NCBI GenBank assembly: GCA_020442385.1
Contig: JAGRKE010000015.1
Span: forward strand, 34,170 to 98,169
Source of the DNA: Alphaproteobacteria bacterium
GTDB taxonomy: Bacteria; Pseudomonadota; Alphaproteobacteria; Micavibrionales; Micavibrionaceae
Direction: 5' to 3'
Length of the DNA: 64,000 nt
Below, piece by piece: positions 63,699 through 64,000 of this stretch. The position numbers were made by a program, and so were the translations under genes. Numbering within the stretch: the first letter of the stretch is position 1; every line of letters starts with the position of its first letter. Below the pieces are notes generated by a model, which worked only from the letters and a program-made list of their open reading frames with translations, did no database searches and was not told where the DNA came from.

Positions 63699-64000
63699 AT
63701 GACGGACCGAAAACACAACCGCATTTTTCCGATTATTACAGCCGCGCTGGTTATTGCGCTGTATGTGCCTATGTCCGCCGGGGCGCAAGACCAGACTGCG
63801 CCGCAGGACGAAGCGCCTGTATCCACCGAACAAACGCAGCCCCGCATTTTTGAAACCAATATGCGTGCGGCCAGCGCCTCGCTGTTAATGGCGGGCAAGC
63901 TGAGCGTTCATCTTTGGGGCGTTGAAGATATCCCGATGAGCGTGCCTGTGATGGCCTTGAGGGCGCGCACCACCATGGCCAATGCGATTGGCGATGGCAA
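63699..64000 (+). CDS. secreted hypothetical protein, 3-prime end beyond window
   Basis: Manual translation: MTDRKHNRIFPIITAALVIALYVPMSAGAQDQTAPQDEAPVSTEQTQPRIFETNMRAASASLLMAGKLSVHLWGVEDIP... Open to the window edge. Not in the track. Confidence 0.5.
   Translation, partial: MTDRKHNRIFPIITAALVIALYVPMSAGAQDQTAPQDEAPVSTEQTQPRIFETNMRAASASLLMAGKLSVHLWGVEDIPMSVPVMALRARTTMANAIGDG

Noticed and set aside
1-64000. Scan for CRISPR arrays, rRNA, tmRNA/RNase P/SRP-like RNAs, IS elements, integrons and long tandem repeats.
   Set aside because: By eye there are no repeat-spacer periodicity, no transposase- or integrase-like translations in any listed ORF, and no intergenic region over about 350 nt. Structured-RNA detection really needs covariance-model scanning (Infernal/Rfam), which I cannot run.

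Overview
This 64-kb chromosomal window reads like an alphaproteobacterium. The gene order is Rhodospirillales-like: ihfB-lapA-pyrF-trpF, ptsN-hpf-rpoN-lptB-lptA-lptC-kdsD-rnd, holC-pepA / lptF-lptG, and Hsp20 + DUF1150. GC looks mid-range by eye. I can support about 60 protein genes, one tRNA-Leu(CAG), a few promoters and terminators, and small repeats. I saw no rRNA, CRISPR array, transposase or integrase.

Most of the window is housekeeping: trpB/trpF, pyrF, ihfB, rpsA, cmk, aroA, folE, cysS, ibpA, rpoN, the lpt genes, kdsD, rnd, recR, lolA, ftsK, pheA, holC, pepA, mlaA/mlaC, ettA and tag. Visibly AT-richer accessory patches interrupt this backbone.

The most unusual feature is an operon of three tandem paralogous genes (43927-52457, minus strand). 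They encode 911-957-aa polytopic membrane proteins whose conserved motifs remind me of DotA/TraY. No other type IV secretion, conjugation or mobility gene lies within the window.

Next to this operon is an AT-rich islet (52458-56049). It carries:
- a lambda-R-like (GH104) lytic transglycosylase with no signal peptide
- two paralogous lipoproteins
- a 2-TM protein
- an XRE regulator
- a probably frameshifted small gene
- a roughly 25-30-nt 3-prime module present three times

Other accessory items:
- a TerD-domain gene pair after tag
- a low-GC 550-aa helical-repeat protein translationally coupled to a SAM methyltransferase
- a LysE exporter wedged into lptA-lptB
- a trp operon interrupted by OMP/TrmB genes, with a GyrI-like gene where trpA is expected
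- a promoter-operator-terminator unit that looks like a small RNA or attenuator

All family calls come from reading the translations and from memory. No searches were run.
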